In this document: positions 1 through 13,000 of the stretch, one piece after another
Layout of the letters: each line of letters starts with the position of its first letter
Position numbering within the stretch: the stretch's first letter is position 1
Origin: Mytilus trossulus
Lineage: Eukaryota
Reading direction: 5' to 3'
NCBI RefSeq assembly: GCF_036588685.1
Contig: NC_086379.1
Coordinates: 33,852,001 to 33,916,000, forward strand
DNA: 64,000 bases
Notes under the pieces: model-generated
The model's input: the letters and a program-made list of their open reading frames with translations, nothing else
Databases searched by the model: none
What the model was told of the DNA's origin: nothing
Position numbers and translations under genes: made by a program

Positions 1-72
1 TTTAATACACCATCAATTTTTGGATAGGATTTTGATGACTGTATGTATTGTGAGGAAGAAGGCTACTTGAAT

Positions 73-768
73 GAGGGGGGGACAAGGGGGTCCCCATAAC
101 AGCAAAACAGTGAATTAATTTGGTGGAAAACAGATAACAAGGAATTGAAAAGGGACAATAACAGATAACAGTAAATGAAATATGAAAATAAATGTCCAGA
201 ACAAATCCAGTAGAAGACTCGTAGATCTTAGTATATTATAACTTGTGGTATGGACCTGGAAATTTGTAATTTGTGTAAACAAGACATTTCGGCCGTTGAG
301 GCAGTTCTGTTTTGGTTGATTTTTATAACAGTACAGCATAAATACTGGAATGGTCCTGGTCCAAACGATTTTAAAAGTTTTTTTCTGATGAATGTTACTG
401 AAATTCTTCTGCAAATACAGGGCCACTCGATATTACAAGAAGAAAGACCCCAATAGATATACATTGTAAGAAGATGTGGTAAGCATGCCAATGAGACTGT
501 TATCCATTCAAATCACAATTTTCAATTATCTTCATTTTCTACGGAAGATAGGCTGTCAAAATGCTAACATTTCAATTTCCAATAACAGTTAACAGCAAAT
601 AGATTCTCACAATAACAGATAACAAAATAGATAAAACTCCTATAACAGCTAACAGAGAATAAGACAATAACAGCTAACAGCTAACAGTAAATTTATTTTC
701 AAAATAACGGATAACAAAGAATTAAAATGCCCCATAACAGCATAACAGTTAAACCCCTTGCCCCCCTC
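73..768. mobile_element. Non-autonomous TIR element (MITE) with ATAACAG-rich subterminal repeats; mirrored copy at 3456-4151
   Basis: Ends GAGGGGGGGACAAGGGG / CCCCTTGCCCCCCTC; TTGAAT direct repeat at 67-72 and 769-774 (6-bp TSD). Confidence 0.75.
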
Positions 769-1959
769 TTGAATGCCCTCGATGAAGGTGCTTATATGGA
801 AAATACATCTTTGTTGATTTCGTTGTATTGTTCTGTCTTACTTCGGTACTATAGAATTTGTACACGTGTTCAAATGCCCTTATAAAGATTTGTTCAGAGT
901 TAAATTTAAAATACTGGTAGATAATTTGTTATTTTTGTCTCTGATTCATGAGGGTCTTCAATTGTATATTGTTTAATTTTTTTAGCCCTTTATTCCGCAA
1001 TTTTTGTCAACACATCTCTATTCTGTAGACTGGACCATCGAGACCCTCATTTCTGTTCATTTTTATGTTCACCAAAACAGACTTAGGAAAGTATGTATAG
1101 TAGTTATTGCAGGTAAGGAAATGGGACGATGAAAATAACTTATGTCTGATTCATGTTATGTAATGCATATGGTGTACTTTTATTGGAATATTTATAATGT
1201 TACACGCAGCGGAGTTACGGGCCGGGGGTGTATACTATTTTGTACACTCCTCCTTCATCGCCAATATATATATATATATATATATATAGATGAAGATGTG
1301 ATGTGGTGTGAGTACCAATGAGACAACTCTCCATCCAAATAACAATGTCCGGTGTGTATTTTTTTTGTCCAGTGTTAGTTATTTTTTTTAACCATTTTCG
1401 TTCGTTCTTTGTTGCTATTACAATGTACTTTATAATTTATCTCTTTGTACCAGTCGTTCAAGTTTAAGTAAAAGTTGTGCGTTAAGGATCATTTACACAT
1501 GTAATAAAAATAATTGTATTATGGTGTATGACTATAATAGTTAAAATATTTGAGAAATATGTTTGTTAAAACAGCTATCACGGATTTATAAATATATATC
1601 GTTAGAAGTTACTGCTATTATGAATACTTCACATAGTTTTATAGTAATGTTTGATAAAACTTTTTAAATAATTCTTATTCCCTTTTTGTAACTTATTTTT
1701 AATATTAACTTGACGGGGAAAAGAAACAAAAACACAAAACACATATCACACAGAAAACCTGACCGTACCAGCTTTGTTTCGTATGTTATTTTTTACAAGG
1801 GAGATAAACGTTATAAGTGGGAAAATGGCAGGATCATAACAAAATAAAGGATTTCACACCTGTAAAATTGCTGGAATAGCATGACTTCTGTATGTTGGAC
1901 TCTCTATATCTTTTCTAACTAAATCAACAACTTCCAAGATCTTAATTCTTGGCATTCTG

Positions 1960-2110
1960 GCCACCGTTTCACAAAGGGTCGTAAATCGTGAAAAAGGTCG
2001 TACGACCATTTTAACGATATGCGACCGTTTCACAAATATTTACGATTTACGACCTACGAGGAATATTGGTCGCAAATTCCCGACTGGGTTTAAGCAGTCG
2101 TAAATCGGAA
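1960..2110. promoter_or_regulatory. Left TIR and subterminal repeats of the Harbinger (putative transposase/Myb binding sites)
   Basis: Repeated TCGTAAATCG / CGATTTACGA / CGTTTCACAAA at ~1966, 1979, 2026, 2043, 2098. Confidence 0.6.
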
Positions 2111-2153
2111 ACTTTAATAAAACGGGAAATAATACGTGTCATTTTTAGCAACT

Positions 2154-5100
2154 ATGGCTGCGTTCATGGCTTTGCTAGAACAAGAAGAGAGGAAAGAGAG
2201 GAGGCCGCGTATTTTCCGTGATCGACTATATGACAGATGTTGAGCTGATTGAGCGATACAGAATGCCAAGATTTAAGATCTTGGAAGTTGTTGATTTAGT
2301 TAGAAAAGATATAGAGAGTCCAACATACAGAAGTCATGCTATTCCAGCAATTTTACAGGTGTGAAATCCTTTATTTTGTTATGATCCTGCCATTTTCCCA
2401 CTTATAACGTTTATCTCCCTTGTAAAAAATAACATACGAAACAAAGCTGGTACGGTCAGGTTTTCTGTGTGATATGTGTTTTGTGTTTTTGTTTCTTTTC
2501 CCCGTCAAGTTAATATTAAAAATAAGTTACAAAAAGGGAATAAGAATTATTTAAAAAGTTTTATCAAACATTACTATAAAACTATGTGAAGTATTCATAA
2601 TAGCAGTAACTTCTAACGATATATATTTATAAATCCGTGATAGCTGTTTTAACAAACATATTTCTCAAATATTTTAACTATTATAGTCATACACCATAAT
2701 ACAATTATTTTTATTACATGTGTAAATGATCCTTAACGCACAACTTTTACTTAAACTTGAACGACTGGTACAAAGAGATAAATTATAAAGTACATTGTAA
2801 TAGCAACAAAGAACGAACGAAAATGGTTAAAAAAAATAACTAACACTGGACAAAAAAAATACACACCGGACTTTTATACATTGTTATTTGGATGGAGAGT
2901 TGTCTCATTGGTACTCACACCACATCACATCTTCATCTATATATATATATATATATATATTGGCGATGAAGGAGGAGTGTACAAAATAGTATACACCCCC
3001 GGCCCGTAACTCCGCTGCGTGTAACATTATAAATATTCCAATAAAAGTACACCATATGCATTACATAACATGAATCAGACATAAGTTATTTTCATCGTCC
3101 CATTTCCTTACCTGCAATAACTACTATACATACTTTCCTAAGTCTGTTTTGGTGAACATAAAAATGAACAGAAATGAGGGTCTCGATGGTCCAGTCTACA
3201 GAATAGAGATGTGTTGACAAAAATTGCGGAATAAAGGGCTAAAAAATTTAAACAATATACAATTGAAGACCCTCATGAATCAGAGACAAAAATAACAAAT
3301 TATCTACCAGTATTTTAAATTTAACTCTGAACAAATCTTTATAAGGGCATTTGAACACGTGTACAAATTCTATAGTACCGAAGTAAGACAGAACAATACA
3401 ACGAAATCAACAAAGATGTATTTTCCATATAAGCACCTTCATCGAGGGCATTCAAGAGGGGGGCAAGGGGTTTAACTGTTATGCTGTTATGGGGCATTTT
3501 AATTCTTTGTTATCCGTTATTTTGAAAATAAATTTACTGTTAGCTGTTAGCTGTTATTGTCTTATTCTCTGTTAGCTGTTATAGGAGTTTTATCTATTTT
3601 GTTATCTGTTATTGTGAGAATCTATTTGCTGTTAACTGTTATTGGAAATTGAAATGTTAGCATTTTGACAGCCTATCTTCCGTAGAAAATGAAGATAATT
3701 GAAAATTGTGATTTGAATGGATAACAGTCTCATTGGCATGCTTACCACATCTTCTTACAATGTATATCTATTGGGGTCTTTCTTCTTGTAATATCGAGTG
3801 GCCCTGTATTTGCAGAAGAATTTCAGTAACATTCATCAGAAAAAAACTTTTAAAATCGTTTGGACCAGGACCATTCCAGTATTTATGCTGTACTGTTATA
3901 AAAATCAACCAAAACAGAACTGCCTCAACGGCCGAAATGTCTTGTTTACACAAATTACAAATTTCCAGGTCCATACCACAAGTTATAATATACTAAGATC
4001 TACGAGTCTTCTACTGGATTTGTTCTGGACATTTATTTTCATATTTCATTTACTGTTATCTGTTATTGTCCCTGTTCAATTCCTTGTTATCTGTTTTCCA
4101 CCAAATTAATTCACTGTTTTGCTGTTATGGGGACCCCCTTGTCCCCCCCTCATTCAAGTAGCCTTCTTCCTCACAATACATACAGTCATCAAAATCATAT
4201 CCAAAAATTGATGGTGTATTAAAAGTATTATTCGTCCAGGATTTTTTTTATTAAATTAATAACAGCATGTATGCATGTGTCTATCTCAGAACTTATCCTT
4301 GCATTAACATCTAGTAAGTCATGAAGGAACTGTAATTGCTAACTATGACATCACATGGTCATGCATGTACAATAACATATATTAGTAGCCTTACATCCCA
4401 CAAGTACGTAAAATAATTACCCTACCACGTCCGATATGTGTCTCATTGTTCCTTATTTAAATTAACTTACCACCAGTTGGAATATTAGGCTGAAAGGCGT
4501 GTAAATTATAGTCCAGCGTGTACAAGCTGGTATGTCTAGCTGTCTTTTTTTAATTCTTATCATAAAGAGACGATCATTACTTCATGCTTTACTATATACA
4601 GTTATTCCCCGAAACTTATAGCTCCAAGTTTACGTTGCCAACGTGAGACAATCCTTTAAAGACAAAAGAGTACTCATTACAATCATACCATACACCCAAT
4701 ATAGTTGCCTATTGCTTACATCATAGGCGGATTCATGGGGCTAGGGGTCCATCTTTTTGTGGGAAATGTAGTGGATTATAACAGAAAACAGAAGTGCTTT
4801 ACTATACCAGTGGCGGATCTAGAACTTTTAATACGTGGGGGCCCTCTGACTATTCCAAAAGAGGGGGCGTTCCAGTCATGCTTCAGTGATTCCCTATATA
4901 ATCTGCAATCAAATTTTCCCCGGAAAGGGCCCCCTATATCCACCTATATAGACTAGTAAGGGACTTCTGATTATATATATATACAAAAGTAAAGGGAATT
5001 ACTGAAGCATATTTAAACATGAACCCAATCCCACTTTGGATCCGCCACCGTATACTAATTGACTCAGAGAAGTTGACATAACTACCAATTAAATTAATGA

Positions 5101-8100
5101 GGGTAAAGTCAAATAAACATCAACCGGCATGTACACATAGTTAAATTAATGCTTATAAATCAGACCTGGATGAGAACAATTAACCAATGGTCAGGACACT
5201 GTTGTCATATCAAGATGATTCCCTGGTCGGCCGCTTTAACAACTTACGTACGCCAAAAATACTTAAGCTTCCATATGAGTTTATTACTAGTAATCTGGTA
5301 CAGACTTAACCGTTAAACCTTTTAGGCCAGGTGAGCTAAAAAAGACCAAAACACAAAAACTTAACACTGAGCAATGAACCATGAAAATAAGGTCAAGGTC
5401 AAATAAAACTTGCGTCACTGAAATGTAGATCATAAAATATTTTCATACACCAAATTTGATTGACCTATTACATAAAAGATTACTAAGATCTACGAAAAAT
5501 GGTTAAACATTGACTATAAAGGGGCAATAACTCCTAAAGGGGTCAATTGCACATTTCGGTCATGTTGACTTATTTGTAAATCTTACTTTGCTGAACATTA
5601 TTGCAGTTTACAGTTTATCTCTACTTATAATAATATTCAAGATAATAGCCAAAAACAGTAAAATTTCCTTAAACTTACCAATTCAGGGGCAGCAACCCAA
5701 CAACAGGTTGTCTGATTCATCTGAAAATTTCAGGGCACATAGATCTTGACCTGATAAACAATTTTACCCTCTATCAAAAATGCTCTAAATGCTTTGGTTT
5801 TCGGGTTATAAGCAAAAAACTGCATTTTACCACTCTGTTCTATTTTTAGCCATGGCGGCCTTCTTGGTTGGTTGGTTGTCGGGGTCACCAGACACATTTT
5901 TTAAACTTGATACCTGAATGATGATTGTGGCCAAGTTTGGATTAATTTGGCCCAGTAGTTTTAGAGAAGATTTTTGTAAAAGTTAAAGACGACAGACGCC
6001 AAGTGATGGGAAAAGCTCACTTGGCCCTTTGGGCCAGGTGAGCTAATAATATCATACACAAAATATAGTTGACCTATGACATATAGTATTAGATAAAAAG
6101 ACTCAAAAACTTAACTTTGACCACTCAACCATGAAAATGAGGTCAAGGTCAGATGACATCTGCCGGCTACACATATACACCTTACCATCATTCCATACCT
6201 ATTGCCCAATATTGTGTATTTAGATATTTCTTGCTATTGCACAATACTGTGCAATTGAATATTTCATGCTTTTGCACAATACTGTGCAATTGAAGATTTA
6301 TTACCATTGCCCAATACTGTGCAATTGAAGATTTCTTGCTACTGCCAAATTCTTGTACTAATAATTTTGGTCCAACTTGAATACTGGGCCCAAAATCGAA
6401 AACCTAAGTACATGTTTAGATTCCTCATATCAAAGAACCCCAAGCAATCAATTTTTGTTAAAATCAAGCTTAGTTTAATTTTGGACCATTTGGACCTTAA
6501 TGTAGATCAATTTGAAAACCGGACCAAATAATTAAGAATCTGAATACACAGTTAAATTTGGCATATCAAAGAACCCCAATAATTCATTTTTGGATGAAAT
6601 CATACAAAGTTTAATTTTGGACACTTTTGGCCCCTAATTCGTTGGTATCAAAACTCCCAAAATCAATCCAAAACTTCTTTTTGTGGTCATAAACCTTGTG
6701 TTAAAATTTCATAGATTTCTATAAATTTATACTTAAGTTATTGTGCAAAAAACCAAGACAAATGCTTATTTGGGACCTGTTTTTGGCCCCTAATTCTTAA
6801 ACTGTTGTGACAAAAACTTCCAAAATCAATCTAATACTTAAGTAATTATCTAGAAATCATTCGTCTTCGGATGACGCTGATAACTTCAACGACCTGATAA
6901 CAATATACCACCAATTTTAGCATCCTTATAAAAACTGCAAAATGTACTTCAATTTAGTTATGCATGGACAGCAACCAAACAATATTGTCCGATTTGTCTA
7001 TAAATTAAAAACATGGCCGCCAATAGTCTAGCAACCTTGTCTTGCAGATAGCATTTCTTACTGTCAAAACAAATCTTATTAAAAATTTTGCAACTTGACT
7101 AAACATTATTGAAATGTGGACACAGAGATATGTTTTGCCTGGTAGTTATCTTAGATTCTCGATAGTAAAATGCAAATGTTCAACACAAATGGCAATGATT
7201 GCCTCGCTTGTCCTGTTCAAACTTTAACTTGATGTTTCCCCAGTATTCAACTTTTTCAACCCCTTTTTTTCAGGTATTGGTCTCTTTGAGATATTATGCA
7301 AAGGGGGATTTTTACTCTGAAGTCGGAGATTTGCATGGAATTTCAAAAGCCAGTGTGTCTAGATGCATCACAAGAGTATCTAAAGCCATCGTGTCAGAAA
7401 TGGACAACATAAAATTTCCATCAACAGAAGCTGAGATGAATGTGATTAAAAGGGGATTTTATCGTATTGCCAAGGTCCCAAATGTCATCGGTGCAGTAGA
7501 TGGTACTTTAATCCCCATTATTGCTCCAAAAGAGAATGAACCTGCATATGTCTGTAGGAAAGGATACCATTCCTTGAATATACAGGCAGTTGTGGATCAT
7601 GAGATGAGGTGAGTGAAAACAAAACTGGAAATATGATATGATATTTATTTGGAGATTACTAATTTGCTACTGTATATACTTACCTGTTATTCAGGAAACA
7701 AAAATAAACACAATAAAAATAACAAATAACAGTATTATAATTCACTGATGAAAAAAAGCAACAACATGAAAATAAGCATTGAAATTAAATTCATAAAATA
7801 GGGTAGGAAAGGCAACTTCTTCTTCTTCTTGGTATAAGCCTCCTTTAATTAGGAGCACCTTCAAATATATATGGAGTTTTCCCTTAACTTAAAAAAAAAT
7901 GTTTTTAAAATGATAAAACAAAAATTTTCCAACATATGTACAGCACATATAAATAAACAATTAACTATAGGAATGTCATGCATGGCATATTTACATGGAC
8001 CTTATTATTACAAAATATTCTACCATACAAGTATATTCACTTAAGTATGTGACTTAGTTTTATTTAAATTTAAAATAATGTTTCATTTAAATTTGCTTTT

Positions 8101-9224
8101 TAGTATGCATAAAATGTACATTAAAGGGAGGTTTTATTTAAAAGATCTATGTATTAAAATAATAATAGGTTAAGATGTAAGAATTCAATAAAATCTAAAA
8201 TAGCAGTTTTTCTTAGTGGAATGTTATATGTACTTTATGATCAATGTATAATAAAATCTTTTAAAAAGTTATAAAAACTTGTTTTGCCCCTATCAAAAGA
8301 TTTTAAAAGGTTATATTAATGATAAGCACTGTATAATAAATTGTATAAGGCTGTTGGGGATAGGAGTGATTTTTAAATATTTAAGATTCTTACAATTATT
8401 TAATAATTTAGCTTTATGCATGTACACATTTTATTTTATTTCAGATTTACAAACCTAGTAGCAAAATTTCCAGGCAGTGTACATGACTCGTACATCTTTT
8501 CAAACTCTGAATTGGGATACTTTTTTGAAGAGAACAATGTGGATGGATGGTTACTGGGAGATTCTGGATATGGTCTAAAAAAGTATTTGCTTACTCCAAA
8601 ATTAAATCCTAACACACTGGCTGAGGAGAAATACAATAAGGCTCACTCAAAAACACGCACCATAGTGGAACAGGCATTTGGTGTATGCAAATCTAGATAT
8701 AGGTAAACAAAAATATTATTTTCAAATTTCAAAAAATATCATTTTAAATATATGTTAACGAACAGTCATTCTTATGCCCTCTATAACTTGCTGTTCCATG
8801 TGCACCAAGACTCCTTATTGAAGAAGTTGTATTGTTACCTATAATTCTGCTAAATTCAGTCTTGGGTGCAGAGTATGTCTCATTGACTCTCGTACTACAT
8901 CTTATTAATAAAATATGAAGAATGAAACAATTTTCTTTTTCTTAAGTGCAAATTACAACAATTTCCAATGTAAAAAAAATATTGCTTTTTTTTTATCATT
9001 ACAGGTGTTTGCATAAAACAGGGGGCTGTTTGCCATTTACACCTGACAAATCTGCAATAGTTGTTACAGCTGTTTTTAAACTCCACAATAAGTGTATAGA
9101 TGACAAGTTGCCACTTCCAGATTTTACAGATGATTTTATTGACAATGTAGATAACCATATTAGAGATATTGCACCTGCTACTGTTCAAACTCTTAGAGAA
9201 CACATTATTCAGAGATTTGCCTAA
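2154..9224 (+). CDS. Harbinger (HARBI1-like, DDE_Tnp_4-type) transposase; exons 2154-2358, 7274-7608, 8445-8702, 9005-9224; frameshift at ~2223
   Basis: Spliced translation ...ELIERYRMPR...RSHAIPAILQ|VLVSLRYYAKG...VIGAVDGTLI...RKGYHSLNIQAVVD...FPGSVHDS...LLGDSGY...YNKAHSKTRTIVEQAFG...RYR|CL...LHN. All introns GT-AG and in phase; D-D-E residues present. The ATG2154 frame stops at 2241-2243; ATG2230 gives an open 313-aa spliced ORF. Confidence 0.93.
3456..4151. mobile_element. Mirror copy of the 73-768 MITE, in intron 1 of the Harbinger transposase
   Basis: GAGGGGGGCAAGGGG ... CCCCTTGTCCCCCCCTC flanked by ATTCAA on both sides. Confidence 0.75.
5325..6930 (-). mobile_element. Cluster of Helentron-associated (HINE-like) non-autonomous elements, with ~34-bp tandem repeats at ~6200-6345
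   Basis: Minus strand TTATTAGCTCACCTGGCCCAAAGGGCCAAGTGAGC hairpin start followed by a GTC microsatellite (~6048-5985). A second GGCCAGGTGAGCTAA end lies at ~5326; TTGCACAATACTGTGCAATTGAA repeats follow. Boundaries approximate. Confidence 0.5.
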
Positions 9225-10099
9225 AAATTTATTTATATGCCTATATGATTCATGAAAATTAGAAAAACATGTTTCTGTTTTCCACCAAAAATATATTTAT
9301 ATCAATTTTCAATTTATATAACAGAAATCTCAATTTTTACTATTATGTATAATTGCATGTACTCAGTAATTCACAATTAAGAAATATGAATGAGAATATG
9401 GCTGTAGGGTATTATATAAAATTATCTTTAAAGGGGCACTAGCTACTAGATATATAAAAAATCTGAAGTATGTTTTTTTTTGTTCAATCATTAATGAAAG
9501 TGAAATAGTGAAATAATAATTTGCTTTTATCAGCTGGAATGGTTCAGTTTTTTCAAATAAAGCTAATAATCATTGAATTATTCATTTGCCAGTGAAAAAC
9601 TCAACCTATTTAAATCCGTATTTATGTGAACTCCAAATTAACCCTGTAGAAAGATATAGAATATGCATGCGCTGCCTGTGTATTGTTATTTAAAGGAAAA
9701 GAATGTCAACCTTGAAAATGAAACAAAGGTAAATAATTTGATTGATTAATTCAATCCACAAAAACTCTTTCTGATAACAGTAAAAACCATGATAAACATA
9801 AATTTATAATTTATAAAACAAAATTTACCAGACCTATAAAGTTCTAATTGCAAGGGCAGTTTATTCTATTTATATTTAACAGACCTATAAAATTTGAATT
9901 GCATGGGTAGTTTAATCTATTTATATCTATGTTTATGTATACATCGCTTATATGGTCATAGAAGGTCAACTCAATAGTTAATTAGATGGTGTCTTGGCTA
10001 AAATTCTGGTATCTGTGGAAAAACTGCTTTAATTTACTAAAGTTTAAATTTAAGTTTTGTTATTTGAAAAAAATTTTTTTTAGCTTTCATATTTTTGGT

Positions 10100-13000
10100 T
10101 TAATTTTCATTTATCATTTTAATAATTGGAGACAACATCACATCAGATAAGTCGTTTGAAAATTTCATTTTCTTCAACTTTACATAATCTTCAAATAGCT
10201 CCAGGCCCCTTTTCTTCATTGCAATGCCTTGTTTTAACAGTTCTAGTTTTTCTTCCCTTTGTCTTCTATAAACCTCTTGGTTTTCCTGTTTTAGGGCAAA
10301 TTTCTTTTTTTCCAATTCCAGTTTTTCTTTTTTAACTTTCAGCTTTTCTTTTTCAACTTCTAATAACAATTCTGTAAAGAAACATTGTTTAAATACTTAC
10401 ATAACAAAAGGACACGTCCAACACTATTTATATATAGGTATCTCTTACATTAAAATTGTACAAGAACTTGGTGGAAATAAATTCATCATGTAGATCTTTT
10501 TGCTCTTTACACTAGTGATAAATGAATTAACTTAAAGTGATACTGGTTAATTTTCTGTATGATTACTAAAATATAGTCTTTAAATTAGTTCAATTGATAT
10601 CTTGAGTTGGCCATGGTTTTAGTATAAATTGGTATTATATTGATAATTGTCAATTTGCTTAGTTTCCTCTTCTACTTTCTTTTAATATCACACTCGGATT
10701 TCCTTTGAACTGATTTGGAGTGAGTTCAAAGCTGTAATATTTTATTTAATGCAGACTCAAGATACAGAGAGTAGTTTAAATATCACTAAAAAAAAATATA
10801 ACTGAAAAGTATCTATGCACCCATTTCAAGTCCGGAAAACATGGACTTAATTTTGCCTTTTATGTTTACAAATTTTATTTCATATGGATGTTTTAGATTC
10901 AGTGTGGCATCCATTTCTTGTATTACTATGCACAACATTTCACAATAATTTAATTTAACTTTTCTTCTGATTGGCTGAGCCTTTTTTGTTTATCAGCTCA
11001 TAGACATAACTTTATCATGTGGTTATGATGGTTATCATTGTTTTTTCATGATTTACTTGAGTTTAAATTGGAGTTAAGAATTAAATTATAAGAAATGAAT
11101 GTATAAATACTTTTTTGGTCTATCCTGAATAACATAAAAAATGTGGCACACACTTTAAAATAAATTGCTTGCAGGTTATACTGTGTCCACCTCATATTAC
11201 AGTAATTCCTTGATTATTGTTCTAATTTACAAACCTGATGAAGACGGAACAGGATAATTTTTGGTTTCTTTCCTGACTGGAGATAGTATTAATCTCTTTT
11301 CAGTGTCATTTTTTTCTGTAAATTATATTATAATTAGGTACAATTAACATTATGAGTAGGCATAATACACAAAATATTATTCATCATTAACACTTGAAAA
11401 AACAAATATCAAATAATTATCTTAAAACATGCTTATCATGATTAAAAAGTGTGGAAAACTGATTATCTGCATAAATTGACATGTTCAAATATATTTATGC
11501 GCTGTACCTGAATTAAATTCTGCGTAATAAAAGTTAAAATTAGAAGAAATAATAAATATTGTTTAGATTAAGCTTTAGCTTTGTTGACATGGGACTTATC
11601 AAAAGTAACATACCTCTTGTTGGCAATGCTGCAGACAAGTTAGCCTCAGCTGTTTCAGGATTTTCTGAAACAAAATTATATCATAATTTTAAAAAACTTA
11701 ATGAAAATATAAAATGTTATGATTTTATTCCAATTATTACATTTTTAACCAGATTTTTGTTACAAAATGTCAGTTATTGATTTGGGGATGTACTGTGGTC
11801 GGGCGGCCGGGCAGGCGGCAATCAAATGTTGTCAGTGCATTAACTCATGAACCGTTCAACCAAAACTTTTAAAATTTTAATATGTTGTTACTAACAACTA
11901 AATGAAGGTCAAGTTCAATAATGGTGATTTTGGTCTCTTTGAAAGTAACACTAAAGTGTGATGGTCCATTTGTAATGTTTAAGTTTATTTAATTTTTTAA
12001 GCTAACATGCAATGGTTTGTTAATAGAACCTGGTGATGAAGGTGTTGGCATTTTAGCCTTGGCATTAATTAAGATGTTTTTATTCAGCCTCACCATACCC
12101 CCCCCCCAAAAAAAAAATGAAATAAAATATTTTTTGGTTTAACTGTGGTTCAGTTCAGTGTAGAGATATACATACATTTTTAAGACATGTTAAAAGCACC
12201 ATATAAGCAGAATGATATATTTGTTCTTCAATAATTGCACTTACTTAGGACACTTGGTTCACCTTCCTCATGAAACTGTATGAAGTTCTTTGGCTTTGCT
12301 GAAATGTTAAGTTTCAAAGTAGAATACTATAGCGACAAGAACACTATTCATACTATTACAACTGTAAATAAACTGATTTGGAGTAATAAAAAAAATATTC
12401 TACAATACAAGTTAATTCAATACAGAAGGTCAATATCCTTAGGGACAACATTTATAAATCAACGAATGAAAAAAAAATTAATTGGTCAGAGTACACAGTT
12501 ATCGTTCTTTGATTTTCTTTGTCCACGTATATAGTCCTTAGTGTGGACAGTGAATTACTGGCTAAATTTTGTTATACCCCTCCCAAATTTATTTCTCCCT
12601 GTTTTATGCCTCATTTAGCAATTCGGGGGGGGGGGGGGGGGGGGGGGGGGTGAAATGACACTGTAAAAAATTTGGGTTATAAATATTAATGTAAAGTAGT
12701 GATTATGTCCAGCTGAAAAAGGTACAAAAAATAGCACTTCGGAAGCTGTCAAAAGCTTTCAAGACCCCCGTAACTTAAAATTTCCATATTTCGAGTTAAA
12801 AATGAAGTTTTCTCTAATTTTGATATAATTTGTCCCAAAAGTAGTACAACACACTTTAAAAATATTATTGAGAAATCACAGGGGGGATTTTTTTTTCATT
12901 TTCATTTATTGTCTAAAAGTAGTTCACTCAAAATAACTGTGTAGTCTGTACTCGGATCAATTCAAATAGTCTGCAAGTTTTTCGTTTCATTGACATCTTT

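Larger units (their letters stand above)
1..4223. repeat. Large near-perfect inverted duplication (arms 1-1959 and 2259-4223, 299-bp spacer 1960-2258); left arm runs off the window
   Basis: Window start TTTAATACACCATCAATTTTTGG is the reverse complement of CCAAAAATTGATGGTGTATTAAA ending at 4223. Mirrored ORFs confirm this (228..491- vs 3733..3996+; 250..456+ vs 3768..3974-). Arms differ by about 3 substitutions, an 8-bp indel near 1348/2871 and one TA unit. Confidence 0.97.

Noticed and set aside
115-491. ORFs 115-426, 228-491, 250-456 and their mirrors at 3733-4109
   Set aside because: They lie inside a MITE in the duplicated intron; no domain motifs; identity is due to the inverted duplication.
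12626-12650. Poly-G run as a regulatory G-quadruplex
   Set aside because: Homopolymer inside intronic repeat DNA; length unreliable and no supporting context.
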